This document shows, one piece after another, positions 60,605 through 64,000 of a DNA stretch of 64,000 nt. Source of the stretch: the human T2T-CHM13v2.0 reference genome, Homo sapiens. The notes beneath the pieces were generated by a model. That model saw only the letters and a program-made list of their open reading frames with translations, was not told where the DNA came from and did not search any database. A program made the translations under genes and the position numbers. The stretch lies in NCBI RefSeq assembly GCF_009914755.1, contig NC_060935.1, one strand, 5' to 3'. Within the stretch, counting starts at the first letter, position 1. Each line of letters opens with the position of its first letter.

Positions 60605-60855
60605 GGGGAGGGGCTGCCCAGGCACAGGTGGGGGAGGGGAAGGGATGCTGGGCACAGGTGGGGGAAGGGAAGGGAGTGCCCAGGCACGGGTCGGGGAGGG
60701 GAAGGTGGTGCCCAGGCACAGGCGAGGTTTGGGGGAGAGGGTGTCCAGGCACAGGTGGGGGAGGGGGAGGGGCGCCCAGGCACAGGTCAGGGAGGGGAAA
60801 GGGGTGCTGGGCACAGGTGGGGGAGGGGGAGGGGGAGGGGGGTGCCCAGGCACAG
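60605..60855. repeat. G-rich ~30-bp minisatellite (ggcacaggtgggggagggga...), ~8 copies
   Basis: Direct inspection; multiple G4-5 runs per unit. Confidence 0.9.
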
Positions 60856-62185
60856 CTGTCTGGCTTCCCTCCAGGTCCAGGACATGGCATCTCTGGGTGT
60901 CCTGCTGGGAAGGGACCCAGCTTGGCTGAAGGTGCACTGTGCCTTTAGCATCCCCCCAGTCCTCCACCCTGAGGTTATCCAGCTCACCCACCCTGGCCGC
61001 TGCCCCTGACCTTCAGTCTGTCTCTCTGTGCAAGGAAGAGGAGTGGCATGCAGGGCTCACAGTTGCTGGAGGCCTCTGCTGTGTCCTCTTCCAGGAGCCT
61101 CAACCTCTACCTGCCTCCAGAAATGAGCACCCCCGAGTCCTGAGCTTACTGTGGGGCCCAGTTCTGCACTGGCTGCCGGGGTGTGCGTTTCTGGGCATCC
61201 CCCAGGGCTGGACAGGCCTGGGTGCTGTGGAGGAGAGCCGGATGCCAGTCATCAGTTGGGGTTGAACTGGATGACCTTTTAAGCTAACCTCCTGCTCCCC
61301 ACCCTCTGCATACACCCTGTTCGGGCACCTGACCTTCCAGGATCACAAATGTGTAATAGGAAAAAACCCAAAAGCTTTAGGGTTCAGCAGTCTCTGAGGG
61401 CTGCAGTCTCAGGGCACTGATGAAAAGACCAGGGTCCCAGTGGCCCACAAACCCTCTGGATTAGGGGCTTCAGCTCCAAGGACTGAGCCCTGAGCCATGG
61501 CCTTCCTCCATCATGGCTTCCCTGGGAGGGCCTGGCAGGCACATGGAGGCCTCGGGAGACCCCAGGAGCCCACAGGTATGGGTGCACCGTGGCAGGCGGC
61601 CACAGAGCCCACTGGGCTCTGCAGCTGGAATAACTGAATACGCAGCTCACTGTCCCCCAAGCTTGGTTGGGGACTCTTCCTTCATATTTTAACAAAATCC
61701 ACGGCACCTCTGGGATGCCGGCGGCTGCTGCACACTGGGGACAAACAAGACAGATGCAGACCTGCCTTCATGGGGCAAATAGGAGCCAAAGCAAGTGCTC
61801 AACCAATAAGAGATGTAGTTCCAGACTGTGGTGTGTGCTGAGGGGAACAGCTGGGGCCGGGCTGCCTCAGAGACAGTGAGGAGGTTGGGGTGTCTATAGG
61901 GATGACTGAAGGCCTTCCTCAATGACGGACAGGAGCCAGCCTGAGAATGGAATGAGCTGGAGGGACCGAGAGGCCTCCATGGCTAGGAAGGTGGGAAAGG
62001 ATGTGATGAGGTGAGGTCAAAGGGGTGATGGGGGCCCGCCAGCCAGGGGATGCATCTGGCACAGGAGTGGCTTAGCCAGGCTGCAGGGAGGCCCAGGGAG
62101 GGAGCTTCCCTGCCCTGGCTTACTGGGGAGACAAGCCCGGCGCCCAGGAAGGGATGCGAATGTACATGGACTACCCGTGCAAATG

Positions 62186-62606
62186 CTTATGGTGAAATGT
62201 TCTGTGTCAACTTGGCTGGGCCACAGTATCCAGATATTTGCAAACGCTAGTCTAGATGTTTCCGTGAAGGTGTTTTTCAGAGGTGATTCTCATTCCCATT
62301 TAAATCCGTAGACTTTGAGTAAAGCCGATGATGTGCCAGTGTATGGTGGGCCTCAGCCAATCAGCTGAAGGCCTTAACAGAAAGAAGACTGAGATCCCTG
62401 AGGAGGAAGGAATTCTGCCAGCGACAGACTCGGGACTCACAATGAGGCATCAACTCTTCCCTGGGTCTCCAACCTGCCCTGAGGTTTTAGACTTGCTGCC
62501 TCCATAATTACACAGGCCAACTTTAAACAATAAATCCCTCTCTCTCCGCATATATACCTATCACACCCCATTGGTTCTGTCTCTTTGGAGGACCATGACC
62601 AGTACA
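62186..62606 (+). mobile_element. MLT2B-like (ERVL) LTR
   Basis: tgtgtcaacttggctgggccacagt...ccattggttctgtctctttggagga. Confidence 0.8.
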
Positions 62607-62963
62607 GATGGGCTCAGGGAAGGCATCCCCAAGGGGAGGGTCCTGCCCTGCAGGGGTTTGAAAGCCGGGCAGCCATGCCGGACAGGCCCACGGTGCTGGC
62701 CTAGCCAGGGGTGTGAAGGGGAGGGCCTCCGGCAGGGGGGCGGCTGAAGCATCTGGTCTGCAGGCTTTGGAGGGAGGGCAGGTGAGGGTTGAGCCCAAGC
62801 AATGGTCGACTAGGAAAGGACAGAGGACAGAGAAGTGATTGGCCTGAGCGTAGGGTGGTCATTCACCTGCAGCGTGGCCAGGGGCTCCGGGTCCTCTGGG
62901 TTCGAGGGGATGAACTAAGAGAGCGGCATTAAGAATGGGACAGAGGGCAGACGACAGATACTA

Positions 62964-64000
62964 AGGAGAGGGGATGGAGGGGGGATGGAGAGGAGATGGA
63001 GAGGGGGATAGAGAGGGGATGGAGAGGGGATGGAGAGGGGATGGAGAGGAGATGGAGAGGGGATGGAGAGGGGATGGAGAGGAGATGGAGAGGGGATGGA
63101 GAGGAGATGGAGAGGGGATGGAGAGGGGGATGGAGAGGGGATGGAGAGGGGATGGAGAGGGGATGGAGAGGGGATGGAGAGGAGATGGAGAGGGGATGGA
63201 GAGGGGATGGAGAGGAGATGGAGAGGGGGATAGAGAGGGGATGGAGAGGGGATGGAGAGGGGATGGAGAGGAGATGGAGAGGGGATGGAGAGGGGATGGA
63301 GAGGAGATGGAGAGGGGATGGAGAGGAGATGGAGAGGGGATGGAGAGGGGGATGGAGAGGGGATGGAGAGGAGATGGAGAGGGGATGGAGAGGGGGATGG
63401 AGAGGGGATGGAGGGGGGATGGAGAGGGGATGGAGAGGGGATGGAGAGGGGATGGAGAGGGGATGGAGAGGGGGATGGAGAGGGGATGGAGAGGGGATGG
63501 AGAGGGGATGGAGAGGGGGATAGAGAGGGGATGGAGAGGGGATGGAGAGGAGATGGAGAGGGGATGGAGAGGGGATGGAGAGGGGATGGAGAGGAGATGG
63601 AGAGGGGATGGAGAGGGGGATGGAGAGGGGATGGAGAGGGGATGGAGAGGGGATGGAGAGGGGATGGAGAGGAGATGGAGAGGGGATGGAGAGGGGATGG
63701 AGAGGGGGATGGAGAGGAGATGGAGAGGGGATGGAGAGGGGATGGAGAGGGGATGGAGAGGGGATGGAGAGGAGATGGAGAGGGGATGGAGAGGGGATGG
63801 AGAGGGGGATGGAGAGGAGATGGAGAGGGGATGGAGAGGGGGATGGAGAGGAGATGGAGAGGGGATGGAGAGGGGATGGAGAGGGGGATGGAGAGGAGAT
63901 GGAGAGGGGATGGAGAGGGGATGGAGAGGGGGATGGAGAGGAGATGGAGAGGGGATGGAGAGGGGATGGAGAGGGGGATGCAGAGGTGGATGGATGGAGA
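62964..64000. repeat. (GGAGAGGGGAT)n 11/12-mer polypurine VNTR, >1 kb, extending to the window edge
   Basis: Highly homogeneous units with GGAGAGGAGAT and GGAGAGGGGGAT variants. Confidence 0.97.

Overview
Primate DNA, almost certainly human chr11p15.5. It carries two complete minus-strand genes in tandem. CTSD (cathepsin D) has 9 coding exons at 51519->41053 and encodes 412 aa. IFITM10 (CD225/dispanin family) has 3 coding exons at 37992->22827 and encodes 228 aa, with a ~2.9 kb 3'UTR ending near 19960. All exon boundaries were read as GT-AG junctions with consistent phases. Bases 1-19.9 kb and 52-64 kb are repeat-dense intergenic DNA (Alu, old L1, L2/MIR, LTRs, DNA-transposon relics, large simple-sequence arrays). 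The most interesting system is the apparent wiring for CTSD->IFITM10 read-through. CTSD has only a weak AATACA poly(A) signal. Its exon-8 donor is phase 0 and tandemly triplicated, a cryptic phase-0 donor lies inside exon 9, and the IFITM10 exon-2 acceptor 5.4-5.7 kb downstream is also phase 0. Together these could encode membrane-anchored cathepsin D fusions of 557 or 603 aa. The chimeric RNA has been reported as far as I recall, but the protein's function is unresolved. Other observations: a MADE1-centred inverted duplication, a template-switch scar inside an AluY, an L2-donated poly(A) signal for IFITM10, a 31-bp minisatellite of phased TGCCACGT motifs upstream of CTSD, and a distal ERE+ARE/AP-1 cluster ~9 kb upstream. 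Repeat subfamily names come from recalled consensus sequences and their boundaries are approximate.
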